Virus record (IMG/VR): IMGVR_UViG_3300005805_000426
Span: 1 to 25,941 of that record
Direction: 5' to 3' (one strand)
DNA: 25,941 bases
Origin: a virus
Taxonomy: Duplodnaviria > Caudoviricetes
Part shown: in pieces, positions 1 to 8,866 of the stretch
Layout: the number at the start of each line of letters is the position of its first letter
Numbering within the stretch: position 1 is the first letter of the stretch
Position numbers and translations under genes: made by a program
The notes under the pieces: generated by a model
What the model was told of the DNA's origin: nothing
Database searches by the model: none
What the model saw: only the letters and a program-made list of their open reading frames with translations

Positions 1-51
1 GCAATGAATTTAAGTGAGTGGTATCGCAGCGGCGCACACTTGCCGCGTTAA
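1..51 (+). CDS. Probable 3' end of an upstream gene (partial)
   Basis: Frame 1 is open (AMNLSEWYRSGAHLPR) to TAA at 49-51, just before the AAGGA RBS of the portal gene. Too short to identify. Confidence 0.35.
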   Translation, partial: AMNLSEWYRSGAHLPR

Positions 52-64
52 TTAAGGAACTGAT

Positions 65-2611
65 ATGGCGACAGAATTCCCAGTTGACCCAGAGTTTGGT
101 CGATTTGTAGACCCGATGACACAAGAGCCTGAAGAGGACGAAGGCGTAGAGGTCGAGCTTGATCTAGAAGAAGCAGAGATGGAAGAGCTTCCTGATGGTT
201 CAGTCATCCTTGAGATGGATAGCGCTGGCCCGATGGAGAGCGAAGACTTTTACCAGAACCTTTCAGAGTCTGGCGACATTGACGATCTGGAGCTTTCTAC
301 GATTGCCATGCGCTATCTGGATCTGATTGATCGAGATAAGAAGAACCGTGAGAAGCGTGACGAACAGTATGAGGAGGGCATTCGCCGCACTGGTATGGGG
401 AACGATGCTCCCGGCGGTGCTCAGTTCCAAGGCGCGTCTAAGGTTGTGCATCCGATCATGGCTGAGGCGTGTGTAGACTTTGCTTCCCGTGCAATCAAGG
501 AGATGTTCCCACCTGATGGCCCGACCCGTACCAAGATTATTGGTGAGATTAACAAGGAAAAAGTCGAAATTGCTGAGCGTAAACGCGACTTCATGAACTG
601 GCAGTTGACTGAGCAGATTGAAGAGTTCCGGGATGAGCAGGAGCAGCTAATGACGCAGCTGCCTTTGGGTGGCTCGCAATATCTGAAGCTTTGGTACGAC
701 GAGAAGAAGCGCCGTCCTTGTGCCGAGTTTGTTCCTATTGACAACATTTTGCTGCCATTCTCAGCTGCAAACTTCTACACAGCGCAGCGTGTGACTGAGA
801 TTCAAGACATCACGCAGTTTGAATTTGACTCTCGCATCAGGTCTGGGCTGTACAAAGACATTACTTACATCAAGGCAACTGAGGCACCTACTGAAACCAA
901 GCCTGAGAAGGCCAACAACAAGGTTGAGGGCATCTCGCCGGGCGAGAATGATGATGGTGTACGCCGCGTTTACCACATATATACGTACCTTTCGTTAGAA
1001 GATGACAAGTATTCCAAGGGTGAGCCTGCGCCTTACGTCTTGATGATTGATGAATTCGACAATGAAGTAGTCGGTTTGTACAGAAATTGGGAAGAAGCAG
1101 ACGACACGATGGCAAAACTTGACTGGGTGGTCGAGTTTAAGTTCATTCCTTGGCGTGGAGCGTATGCGATTGGCCTTCCACACCTGATTGGTGGCCTTGC
1201 TGCTGCGTTAACTGGCGCTCTGAGGGCGCTTTTAGACACCGCGCATGTCAATAATTCGCTGACTGCTATCAGGCTGAAGGGTTCTAAAGTTTCCGGTCAG
1301 TCTCAAAACGTGGAAATCACGCAAGTTACAGAGATTGAGGCGGCTCCGGGTGTGGATGACATCCGAAAGATAGCGATGCCGTTGCCATTTAACCCTCCGA
1401 GTCCGGTTTTGTTTGAGCTTTTGGGCTGGCTGAACAGCGCTGCCAAGGGCGTGGTGACTACGGCTGAGGAAAAGATTGCAGACATCAATGCAAATACGCC
1501 GGTTGGCACGACTCAGGCGCTAATTGAGCAGGGTGCTGCGGTATTTTCGTCTATTCATGCCCGTTTGCATGACTCTCAGGGGCGTGTGCTGAAGATTCTG
1601 AGCCGGATTAATCGCTGGTATCTGGACGATATGCGCCGTGGGGAGATTGTTGAGGATCTGGACATCAAACGTGAGGATTTCTCGCGTGTAACGGACGTTA
1701 TTCCTGTCTCTGACCCACATATCTTCTCTGAGACCCAGAGAATGGCGCAGACGCAGGCTGTAATGGCGATTATGGACAAGAATCCCGACCTGTTTAACCG
1801 CAAGGTTGTGATTGAGAGGTTCCTAAAGCAGATCAAGGTGCCGGGAGTCAATGAGTTGATGATTGATATGCCTGCTCCGATGAAGATTGATGCCGCTAAT
1901 GAGAATGTAGCGATGACGATTGGACAATCTGCCTTTGCTTACCCTGAGCAGGATCATCTGGCGCACATACAGACCCATTTGGACTTTGCTAAAGACCCCT
2001 CACTTGGGTCAAATCCTTTGATTGCGCCGACATTTGTCCCCAAAGTTATGGAGCATACGAAGCAGCACATTGCTCTTTGGTATTTAAGCCGCATGAATGG
2101 CTATGTAGAGAAGTCTTTGGGCGAAAAGATGGACGATTATGAGTTGTTGGGAAATCCAAAGGGTGTGGACAAGCTGTTTGCTGTGGCTTCTCAGCACGTT
2201 GGCATGGATTCCGAGCAGACTTTGAAAGGCATCTTGCCTGTTATTCAACAGATGCAGCAACTGGCTCAACAATACAAGCCGCAGCCTCCGATGGATGCCG
2301 GGGCAAAGGTATTGTTGGATACGAGCATGGCAGAAACACAGCGTCGGGCAAAGCGGGACGAGGCAGAGCTTTCCTTGCAGGCCAAGAAGGATGCCTCGCA
2401 GGCCGAGGAACGTATGCAGAAGTTGCAGCAGGAGTACGAACTTTCGATGGAAGAGCAGCGTTTGCGTCTAGCAATAGCGATAGGCGACATCGAGACCAGA
2501 GAACGCATCGAAGCGGCCCGTATTGCACGGGATGCAGCCAAGCTCTCACACGAGCAGGACAAGACCGTAATTTCTTTAATCCCCAAAGGAGGCAACCGTG
2601 GCAACGAGTGA
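65..2611 (+). CDS. Phage portal protein (P22-like podovirus type)
   Basis: 848-aa ORF with acidic N-terminus, segments I recognise from this portal family (GASKVVHP, FMNWQLTEQ, EFKFIPWRGAYAIGLPHLIGG, SSIHARLH) and a coiled-coil C-terminus. First gene of the head module, with AAGGA RBS. Confidence 0.85.
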   Translation: MATEFPVDPEFGRFVDPMTQEPEEDEGVEVELDLEEAEMEELPDGSVILEMDSAGPMESEDFYQNLSESGDIDDLELSTIAMRYLDLIDRDKKNREKRDEQYEEGIRRTGMGNDAPGGAQFQGASKVVHPIMAEACVDFASRAIKEMFPPDGPTRTKIIGEINKEKVEIAERKRDFMNWQLTEQIEEFRDEQEQLMTQLPLGGSQYLKLWYDEKKRRPCAEFVPIDNILLPFSAANFYTAQRVTEIQDITQFEFDSRIRSGLYKDITYIKATEAPTETKPEKANNKVEGISPGENDDGVRRVYHIYTYLSLEDDKYSKGEPAPYVLMIDEFDNEVVGLYRNWEEADDTMAKLDWVVEFKFIPWRGAYAIGLPHLIGGLAAALTGALRALLDTAHVNNSLTAIRLKGSKVSGQSQNVEITQVTEIEAAPGVDDIRKIAMPLPFNPPSPVLFELLGWLNSAAKGVVTTAEEKIADINANTPVGTTQALIEQGAAVFSSIHARLHDSQGRVLKILSRINRWYLDDMRRGEIVEDLDIKREDFSRVTDVIPVSDPHIFSETQRMAQTQAVMAIMDKNPDLFNRKVVIERFLKQIKVPGVNELMIDMPAPMKIDAANENVAMTIGQSAFAYPEQDHLAHIQTHLDFAKDPSLGSNPLIAPTFVPKVMEHTKQHIALWYLSRMNGYVEKSLGEKMDDYELLGNPKGVDKLFAVASQHVGMDSEQTLKGILPVIQQMQQLAQQYKPQPPMDAGAKVLLDTSMAETQRRAKRDEAELSLQAKKDASQAEERMQKLQQEYELSMEEQRLRLAIAIGDIETRERIEAARIARDAAKLSHEQDKTVISLIPKGGNRGNE

Positions 2612-2747
2612 TCAAGAGCAGAAGAGCGTCAACGTCCCCCAGCACAAGCGTATCGCTCAAGGCGAGAAGCTGGATGGCACGTCTTATCAACCCAAAGGTG
2701 GGAGCACACCGCAGAACGGAGGTTCAAAGGTCAAGCCTAGCAAATGA
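2598..2747 (+). CDS. Small hypothetical protein, 49 aa (MATSDQEQKSVNVPQHKRIAQGEK...KPSK), absent from the ORF track
   Basis: AAAGGAGG RBS at 2585-2592 precedes GTG 2598. Its TGA overlaps the next ATG (ATGA, 2744-2747) and it fills the gap exactly. Confidence 0.7.
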   Translation: MATSDQEQKSVNVPQHKRIAQGEKLDGTSYQPKGGSTPQNGGSKVKPSK

Positions 2748-2929
2748 AAATTATTGAAGAGCTAATTGGTTTGATCAAGGCTAGACAGCAGGAAATTGCT
2801 GTGTCCTTAGCTGCTGGGAATGCAGCTAACTGGGAGTCTTATCAGCGCATAGTTGGTCATAGCCGAGGGCTTGAAGAGTCCTTGGAATTACTTAACTCTT
2901 TATTAAGGGATGAAGATGAAGATGAGTGA
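2744..2929 (+). CDS. Hypothetical phage protein, 61 aa, helical
   Basis: Overlaps its neighbours on both sides. Contains NWESYQRIVG..RGL, a pattern I associate with the small gene between portal and GroES in such phages. Confidence 0.75.
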   Translation: MKIIEELIGLIKARQQEIAVSLAAGNAANWESYQRIVGHSRGLEESLELLNSLLRDEDEDE

Positions 2930-3353
2930 ACCGGAAGCTTTTAACGAAGCTGAGTTGGCTTGGGCCTTTCCGAGCGTAGATCCCGGTGCAAAACCCTTGG
3001 GTGGTCGTGTATTGGTGCAATTGCGCCGCACGAAGAAAAAGGCGACTAGCGCGGGAATTATCCTTGTTGAGGAAACAAAGGAAACCGAGAAGTGGAACAA
3101 CATGGTGGCGAAGGTTATTTCCTTGGGGCCACTGGCGTTCCGTAACCGCGACACGATGGATACTTGGCCTGAAGGCACATGGTGCAAAGAGGGTGATTAC
3201 ATTCGAGTTCCAAAGTGGGGTGGAGACCGTTGGGAAGTGAAGGTTGCGGGGGATGATGATTTTGAAGACCCTGCGCTTTTTATGATTCTCAATGACCACG
3301 AGGTTATTGCCGTATTGACCGGCGATCCGCTGGCAATGAAAGCCTTTATCTAA
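2922..3353 (+). CDS. groES: GroES/Cpn10-like co-chaperonin
   Basis: KPLGGRVLV, mobile-loop TSAGIIL, AKVISLGP, KEGD, and C-terminal ILNDHEVIAV match the Cpn10 pattern. Start could be 2910, 2916 or 2922. Confidence 0.85.
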   Translation: MSEPEAFNEAELAWAFPSVDPGAKPLGGRVLVQLRRTKKKATSAGIILVEETKETEKWNNMVAKVISLGPLAFRNRDTMDTWPEGTWCKEGDYIRVPKWGGDRWEVKVAGDDDFEDPALFMILNDHEVIAVLTGDPLAMKAFI

Positions 3354-3362
3354 GGGGGAGTT

Positions 3363-4328
3363 ATGAGTACGGAAACAAAAGACGATATTGATTACAAAGA
3401 AGAAGATGATGGCTCTGTTGTTGTCAATATTGAATCAGATGGTACGGAGCAAGAAGAAGATGAAGTTCAAGCGGCTGATGGAGGCCGTGTAGAGGCTTCT
3501 GATGACGATCATGACGATGATGGCGATGATAATGACCCTGATGAGGTAGACCCTGTCAGATTGGCTCGTAGAGCGCGTCGTAAGGCCAAGAAAGAGTATG
3601 TCAAGCGCACGAATCAGGAGAAAGATCAGCGCCTGCAAATGCTGGATCGCCAGAACCGTGACTTGGTTGAGCGCCTTGCTGTTTTGGAAAGAAAATCCTA
3701 CAGTGCAGATTTGGCGCAAATTGACCGAGCGATTCATGAAGAGCAGAACAATCTTAATTACGCAAAAATCAGGATGGAGAATGCCGCTGAGAATTCAGAT
3801 GGCAGGGCTTTGACTGATGCTCAAGAAGCTTGGTATGAAGCGCGTCGTAAAATTGATGCTCTGCAACATATTAAGGGCAAGGCTGTTGTCAGCGATAATC
3901 AAGAAGGCAACATTCCAGATCCGCGCATTACTCGGTACTCTAATGATTGGCAAGATCGCAACGATTGGTATGATCCAAACCTTCGTGATGAGGATAGCCA
4001 AATTGCCAAGTTAGTTGATACCCGGTTGGCAAAAGAGGGCTGGAATCCCTCTACTGAAGAATATTGGGAAGAATTCGATAGAAGGTTGCAAAAAAGGTTA
4101 CCTCATAGGTATACTGACTCTTATGAAAGCCGTCCTCAAAAGAGGCCCCGTAGTGTGGTAGTCAGTGGTGGTCGAGAGACTGTCTCTGAAAATGGGAAAA
4201 TCCGGATTCAAATTGAGCCGGAAAAAGTGCGAGCGATGAAGGAAGCAGGGCTTTGGGATAATTTAGAAACCCGGAAGCGAATGCTTGAACGCTATGCACG
4301 TGAATCCCGTAAAAACACAAGGAGCTAA
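3363..4328 (+). CDS. Putative capsid scaffolding protein
   Basis: Highly acidic N-terminus, long coiled-coil middle and basic C-terminus; lies between portal and capsid genes; GGGGGAG RBS. Function inferred from composition and synteny. Confidence 0.6.
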   Translation: MSTETKDDIDYKEEDDGSVVVNIESDGTEQEEDEVQAADGGRVEASDDDHDDDGDDNDPDEVDPVRLARRARRKAKKEYVKRTNQEKDQRLQMLDRQNRDLVERLAVLERKSYSADLAQIDRAIHEEQNNLNYAKIRMENAAENSDGRALTDAQEAWYEARRKIDALQHIKGKAVVSDNQEGNIPDPRITRYSNDWQDRNDWYDPNLRDEDSQIAKLVDTRLAKEGWNPSTEEYWEEFDRRLQKRLPHRYTDSYESRPQKRPRSVVVSGGRETVSENGKIRIQIEPEKVRAMKEAGLWDNLETRKRMLERYARESRKNTRS

Positions 4329-4330
4329 TC

Positions 4331-4870
4331 ATGGATGGACGACTGAAGAAATCATTAAAAGCCGGTGGACGTGAAGATCGCGCAAGCGAGGAAGCGAAAA
4401 GAGATTCTGCCGACGAGAAGTTTGTGTCAACGCATGAACGTCGCAAGATGTGGAGCGATGAATGGACACAGAGTGCGCTGCCCAATGCACCGGATCTTCC
4501 GGGCTGGCATGTTTGCTGGTTATCAACAACCAACAGTTACGACAGTATTGATAAACGCATCCGACTAGGCTATGTACCTGTTAAAGCAGATGAGATAGAT
4601 GGTTACGAGAATTGGCGTGTAAAAGCTGGAGAGTACGTAGGTTATATTGCGTGTAATGAGATGCTGCTGTTCAAGATCCCTGAAGATGTTTATCAGGAGA
4701 TCATGATGCACTTTCACCATAATCAACCTCTTGAAGAGGCCAATAAGATTAAGGTGCAAGCACATCAGCAACTTGCTGGACGTGATAGTTCGGGCAAAAA
4801 GCTCGGATCTGTTGAAGGCGACGGCTTGGGCGAAATTGATAAAGATCTTCCTTCTCCTGTATTCCAGTAG
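4331..4870 (+). CDS. Hypothetical head-module protein
   Basis: 179-aa ORF 2 nt after the previous stop, with AGGAG upstream; contains PGWHVCWLSTTN and RLGYVPV. Confidence 0.75.
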   Translation: MDGRLKKSLKAGGREDRASEEAKRDSADEKFVSTHERRKMWSDEWTQSALPNAPDLPGWHVCWLSTTNSYDSIDKRIRLGYVPVKADEIDGYENWRVKAGEYVGYIACNEMLLFKIPEDVYQEIMMHFHHNQPLEEANKIKVQAHQQLAGRDSSGKKLGSVEGDGLGEIDKDLPSPVFQ

Positions 4871-4899
4871 AGGAAGAATTTAACCATTAAGGAGTTGTT

Positions 4900-5499
4900 A
4901 TGAGTTCTACAGCTGCTCCGTTTGGCCTGCGCCCTGCATTTCACCCATCCGGTCTGGATCGTGCAATGGCTCTTGCTAACGGTATTGAAACCGTTTCCAC
5001 TAGCGGAAACGTGTCCCTCGGCTATGCCTCGAACATTTTCAAGGGTACTCCCGTGAAGATGAACGCTGCTGGCTATATTGAAAACGTCGCATCTGATGAA
5101 GCTTTCCTCGGCGCATTTGCCGGTGTTGAGTGGACAGATGCAACTGGTCGCCGTCGCGTATCTAACTTCTGGCCTGCGAACGAGTCGTTCCAAGTCGGTT
5201 CAGTTATTGCGTACTTCTACCAAGACCCGAATATCGTTTACGAGATTCAGGCTACTGGTACTCTGACGCAATCCGCTATTGGAGATCAGTTTAACTTCTC
5301 TACTCCTACTGCTGGCTCCAATTCGACTGGCCTTTCGTCAGCCGCGATGGGTACTAGTGGTTCAGGCAGCGGCGGCACGAATCAACTTCGTGTTATTAAC
5401 TTGGCCCCCTATCCAGATAATGCTTGGGGTGATTCATATCCTATCGTACAAGTACAGGTTGCTCTTAGCCAGTACGTTGCTGCGATTAATGGTATTTAA
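4900..5499 (+). CDS. Putative capsid cement/decoration protein
   Basis: AAGGAG RBS; N-terminal APFGLRP motif; small-residue, beta-rich composition; immediately upstream of the major capsid gene. Confidence 0.6.
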   Translation: MSSTAAPFGLRPAFHPSGLDRAMALANGIETVSTSGNVSLGYASNIFKGTPVKMNAAGYIENVASDEAFLGAFAGVEWTDATGRRRVSNFWPANESFQVGSVIAYFYQDPNIVYEIQATGTLTQSAIGDQFNFSTPTAGSNSTGLSSAAMGTSGSGSGGTNQLRVINLAPYPDNAWGDSYPIVQVQVALSQYVAAINGI

Positions 5500-5517
5500 G
5501 AAAGGAGGGTATGAATC

Positions 5518-6432
5518 ATGGCAGCCCCAATGAGAAGTACTGACTTCCGTAGTATCGTCGAACCAATCATGAATGAGTGTTTCGATGGTGTCTACGATCA
5601 ACGTACTGATGAATGGTCTCGCGTTTTCCGTGAGCAAGATGGTATCCCACGTAACTACCACGAAGAGCCGGTTCTGTACGGCTTTGGTGCTGCACCTCAA
5701 CTGCCTGACGGTAGTCCAGTGGTGTATCAACAAGGTGGTGTGCTGTTCCTCAAGCGCTATGTTTATCAGGTCTATGGTCTGGCATTTGCCCTGACCAAAG
5801 TTCTGGTTGAGGACGGCGATCATATCCGTATCGGTTCTGTTTATGCCCGTCACTTGGCTCAATCTCTGATTGAAACCAAAGAGACTCTGGCAGCAAACGT
5901 CCTGAACCGTGCGTTTAACAGTTCGTATCCGGGCGGTGACGGTGTGCAGCTTAACAGCAATGCCCACCCAATCGTCAATGGCACGTTCTCTAACCTGCTG
6001 AGCACTGCAGCCAACCTGTCCCAGACTTCTTTGGAACAGATGCTGATTCAGATCCGTCAAGCAGTGGACAACAACGGCAAGAAGATTCGTCTGGTTCCCC
6101 GCCAGTTGGTGGTGGCTCCGGGCAACGTCTTCCAAGCTGAAGTTCTGCTGAAGTCGGTTCTCCGTGCTGGTAACGCTAACAACGACATCAACCCAATCAA
6201 GTCAATCGGCTTGCTGGACGAAGGCGCTGCAGTTCTGTCGCGTCTGACTTCTTCAACCGCATGGTGGGTTCAGACCGATGCGCCAGAAGGCATGAAGCTT
6301 CTGATGCGTCGTAAGCTGGAGAAAACTATGGAAGGTGACTTTGAGACCGATTCGATGCGTTATAAGGCAACAGAACGTTTCGACCTCGGGTTTACTGACC
6401 CCCGCGCAATGTACGGCACGCCCGGGATCTGA
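5518..6432 (+). CDS. Major capsid protein (HK97 fold, Mu gpT-like family)
   Basis: AAAGGAGG RBS and 304 aa. Motifs GFGAAP, YGLAFALT, GGDGV.L.S.AHP, PRQLVVAP, and C-terminal EGDFETDSMRYKATERF..G.TDPRAMYG.PG. Confidence 0.9.
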   Translation: MAAPMRSTDFRSIVEPIMNECFDGVYDQRTDEWSRVFREQDGIPRNYHEEPVLYGFGAAPQLPDGSPVVYQQGGVLFLKRYVYQVYGLAFALTKVLVEDGDHIRIGSVYARHLAQSLIETKETLAANVLNRAFNSSYPGGDGVQLNSNAHPIVNGTFSNLLSTAANLSQTSLEQMLIQIRQAVDNNGKKIRLVPRQLVVAPGNVFQAEVLLKSVLRAGNANNDINPIKSIGLLDEGAAVLSRLTSSTAWWVQTDAPEGMKLLMRRKLEKTMEGDFETDSMRYKATERFDLGFTDPRAMYGTPGI

Positions 6433-6467
6433 GTAAGTCATTGATTTTAAAAGAAATTTTATAATCC

Positions 6468-6496
6468 TTGACAGTCTTCGAATAGGTAACTAGGAT
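6468..6496 (+). promoter_or_regulatory. Sigma70-type promoter for the EndoVII/HNH gene
   Basis: Perfect TTGACA at 6468-6473, 17-nt spacer, TAGGAT at 6491-6496, and an AT-rich tract upstream (6441-6465). Confidence 0.6.
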
Positions 6497-6522
6497 ACAA
6501 GTCCTGTTACTTATTCGGAGGC
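6474..6522 (+). promoter_or_regulatory. RNA hairpin sequestering the endonuclease RBS
   Basis: 6474-6490 (gtcttcgaataggtaac) pairs with 6506-6522 (gttacttattcggaggc) over 17 bp with 3 G-U pairs, plus an inner stem aggat/gtcct. The 3' arm contains GGAGG at 6517-6521. Confidence 0.75.
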
Positions 6523-6526
6523 TCAG

Positions 6527-7129
6527 ATGAAAAAGTTGCATGAAGTTTGTACTGTAGAAGGTTGCGACAGAAGTCATAAAGCAAGAGGGTATTGCCAGAC
6601 TCATTACATGATGTGGATGCGTGGCTCTCCCATAGCTCCTATTAAGGTTAGGGAAAGAAACAAACCAGAATGCTGTATTGAGGAAGATTGTACGGAGCCA
6701 GTGAAGTCAAAAGGCTTGTGCAAAATGCATTACCAAAGGCTTTTGCGATACGGTCATACTAGATACAAGGACAGAAAGAAAGCGCCAAAAATTTGCATTA
6801 TTCCTAACTGCGATAATCATTTGTATGCAAAAGAGCTGTGTCATAGCCACTATGCAAAAAAAAGATCATGGCAAAAAATGGGAATTGATGTATTTGATTA
6901 CTTGAGAATGTATGATGAGCAGAACGGCGTTTGCAAAATTTGCGGAAGGCCGGAAACTACTACAAATGGACTTTCAGGGAAAACAAAAGATTTGGCGATT
7001 GACCACTGTCATGAAACAAATGCAATAAGAGGCTTATTGTGCAGTAGTTGTAACCGCGCTCTTGGGTTATTCCAAGATAGCGAAAAGATTTTAAATAGGG
7101 CTGTTGACTATTTAAACCGTAGCACCTAG
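6527..7129 (+). CDS. Free-standing endonuclease VII-family (HNH) homing endonuclease with three N-terminal Cys3His repeats
   Basis: C-terminal CKIC...LAIDHCH...IRGLLCSSCNRALG. Three repeats: CTVEGC..CQTHY, CIEEDC..CKMHY, CIIPNC..CHSHY. More A-rich than the flanking genes. Confidence 0.85.
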   Translation: MKKLHEVCTVEGCDRSHKARGYCQTHYMMWMRGSPIAPIKVRERNKPECCIEEDCTEPVKSKGLCKMHYQRLLRYGHTRYKDRKKAPKICIIPNCDNHLYAKELCHSHYAKKRSWQKMGIDVFDYLRMYDEQNGVCKICGRPETTTNGLSGKTKDLAIDHCHETNAIRGLLCSSCNRALGLFQDSEKILNRAVDYLNRST

Positions 7130-7138
7130 TGCTATACT
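7130..7138 (+). promoter_or_regulatory. Possible extended -10 promoter (TGnTATACT)
   Basis: TG-c-TATACT directly after the endonuclease stop, overlapping a small inverted repeat tagcac-cta-gtgcta (7120-7134). No properly spaced -35. Confidence 0.3.
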
Positions 7139-7173
7139 TTTATCAATTCGTCAAACTTTTCAAGGAGTAGACG

Positions 7174-8100
7174 ATGCTAACGAACTTCCCCAACGGGATC
7201 ACCTCTTTCGGTGTGCCTGTTACTGGCCCCGCCCCTATTTCTGTTCCTACCGGAAATGGAAAAGTCATTTACGTTGCTGCTGATGGTCAAGTTGGCCCTC
7301 CCGGCGCAGGCGTAGAGATTGTTACTACCTCCATTCAAACTGCTGTTAATGCCTGCACATCAGGCGCTGGCGACACTATTTTGGTGTTCCCCGGCACTTA
7401 CGATGAGAATTTGGTTATTGATGGCATTGATTATCTGACTATCATTGGTTGCCAGATTGGTGGCTATGAGCGTCCTGATGTTGGCGCTGCTACTGGAGTC
7501 GCTCTGACTGTCACCAATTCGCAAGGCGTTGTGATTCGTCACATGCGCTTCTTCAATGATGATGATTCTGATGTTGCTTTCATTGATGGCAACGGTTTCA
7601 TCTTTGATGACTGCGTATTTGATGGCAATGGCAACATGACGGCTGATGCTGCTTGCTTGGCGCTAAATGCTTCGGACACTGACGATTCGTACACTGCCTC
7701 TGAAGGTGTTGTACAGAACTGCCTGTTCCGTGGATCGGCTGCTATTGGTATGCGTCTGCAGTCTGGTGCTGCTCCTGTTTCTGGCGTAGGCCCTACCCAC
7801 AATGTGATTGCAAACAACCGTTTTGTCGGCATTACTGACGAAGACATCAAGACTGTTGATGGCGGTACTGCAACTTACATTACTCAGGACTCTCAGTTCT
7901 CTGGCAATCAGCACATGGATGCAAACAAGACTGTTTACATCACCATGAGCACGGTTGCTGCAGATACTGGCATCATTAGCGGAAACTTCTTCGCTCACGC
8001 TACCATTACGGCTACTGAGATAGATGTTGCTGGTACGGATGTTATCGTTGCTGGTAACTATGATGCGGTTGGACTAATCGACGGCAGCACCTTCAACTAA
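7174..8100 (+). CDS. Right-handed beta-helix (pectin lyase-like) virion protein, possible head fibre/spike
   Basis: SIQTAVNAC.SGAGDTILVFPGTYDENLVI entry motif, then coils such as IFDDCVF, VVQNCLF, VIANNRF, IISGNFF. Short N-terminal TNFPNG.TSFGVPV segment; AAGGAG RBS. Confidence 0.7.
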   Translation: MLTNFPNGITSFGVPVTGPAPISVPTGNGKVIYVAADGQVGPPGAGVEIVTTSIQTAVNACTSGAGDTILVFPGTYDENLVIDGIDYLTIIGCQIGGYERPDVGAATGVALTVTNSQGVVIRHMRFFNDDDSDVAFIDGNGFIFDDCVFDGNGNMTADAACLALNASDTDDSYTASEGVVQNCLFRGSAAIGMRLQSGAAPVSGVGPTHNVIANNRFVGITDEDIKTVDGGTATYITQDSQFSGNQHMDANKTVYITMSTVAADTGIISGNFFAHATITATEIDVAGTDVIVAGNYDAVGLIDGSTFN

Positions 8101-8110
8101 GGAGTAAATC

Positions 8111-8854
8111 ATGCCCCAATTTGATGACGATCTCTTTTTAGGGACGGCAGTCACGGGGATGGGAATGGCATTGGGCGATCCGTCGCCCATGTCTGCTGGC
8201 GTTGGGCCGTTGGGCAGGATTTACGTATGGGATACGGTTCCTGCTACTGCATCGACTTCTAATCTAGCGTCTTCCCAAACTCCTTCGGGTGCTGGGGCGA
8301 TTACTTTGACTGCGGGTTCTGGTGTCACACAGTTTCGTGTCACCGACTTCCAGACGGGCTATCGCCTTGATGTTCCTCGTGCAGTCAGCGTGACAACGGG
8401 TGCTGGCGTACCTGTTCAGCGTAACTTTACAGTTTCTGGGTTTGACATTTACGGTCAAAACATGACTGAACAGATTACGTCTAGCGCAAGCCAGAGCACC
8501 ACTGTCAATGGCAAGAAGGCTTTCTCAGTAATTACTGGTGTCACAGTAAGCGGCGGGACTACCGTTGCTATTACTATGGGTACAAGTGATGTTCTGGGGA
8601 TACCTGTTCGTGTTCCTAATGCTGGATATGTTGCCAGTGTGAAATGGGATAACGTACTTGCTCAGGACACTGGAACGCTTGTTACTGCTGACGCTGCAAC
8701 TGCAACTGCAACCACTGGCGATGTTCGGGGGACTTATGACCCGTCAAGCGCCTGTAACGGCGCTAAACGGCTTGTTGTAGGCATTTTGCTGCCTGCACTA
8801 TCTGTTGGGCCTAACGCAACCCGTGCTGGCGCTCTTGGCGTTACACAAGCTTAA
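8111..8854 (+). CDS. Putative virion structural protein
   Basis: AAGGAG RBS; 247 aa rich in Thr/Gly/Ala/Val; located in the head module. Confidence 0.65.
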   Translation: MPQFDDDLFLGTAVTGMGMALGDPSPMSAGVGPLGRIYVWDTVPATASTSNLASSQTPSGAGAITLTAGSGVTQFRVTDFQTGYRLDVPRAVSVTTGAGVPVQRNFTVSGFDIYGQNMTEQITSSASQSTTVNGKKAFSVITGVTVSGGTTVAITMGTSDVLGIPVRVPNAGYVASVKWDNVLAQDTGTLVTADAATATATTGDVRGTYDPSSACNGAKRLVVGILLPALSVGPNATRAGALGVTQA

Positions 8855-8866
8855 TAGGAGTTAAAA

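Noticed and set aside
4848-4877. Imperfect hairpin cttcct...aggaag across the stop of 4331-4870
   Set aside because: Bulged stem without a clear U-tract; cannot be called a terminator, though it could be a processing or stabilising element.
5434-6135. 233-aa minus-strand ORF and the other minus-strand ORFs in the track
   Set aside because: Antisense shadows of codon-biased plus-strand genes with no recognisable motifs; the plus strand is already fully tiled.
6415-6445. Programmed frameshift or readthrough extending the major capsid protein
   Set aside because: No canonical slippery heptamer, and an in-frame TGA follows four codons after the stop.
6441-6465. Second promoter TTGATT...TATAAT
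   Set aside because: The spacer is only 13 nt; more likely part of the AT-rich region upstream of the TTGACA promoter.
6433-7173. Group I intron around the EndoVII gene
   Set aside because: The capsid gene ends with a complete-looking C-terminus, the flanks are too short for an intron core, and the next gene has its own RBS.
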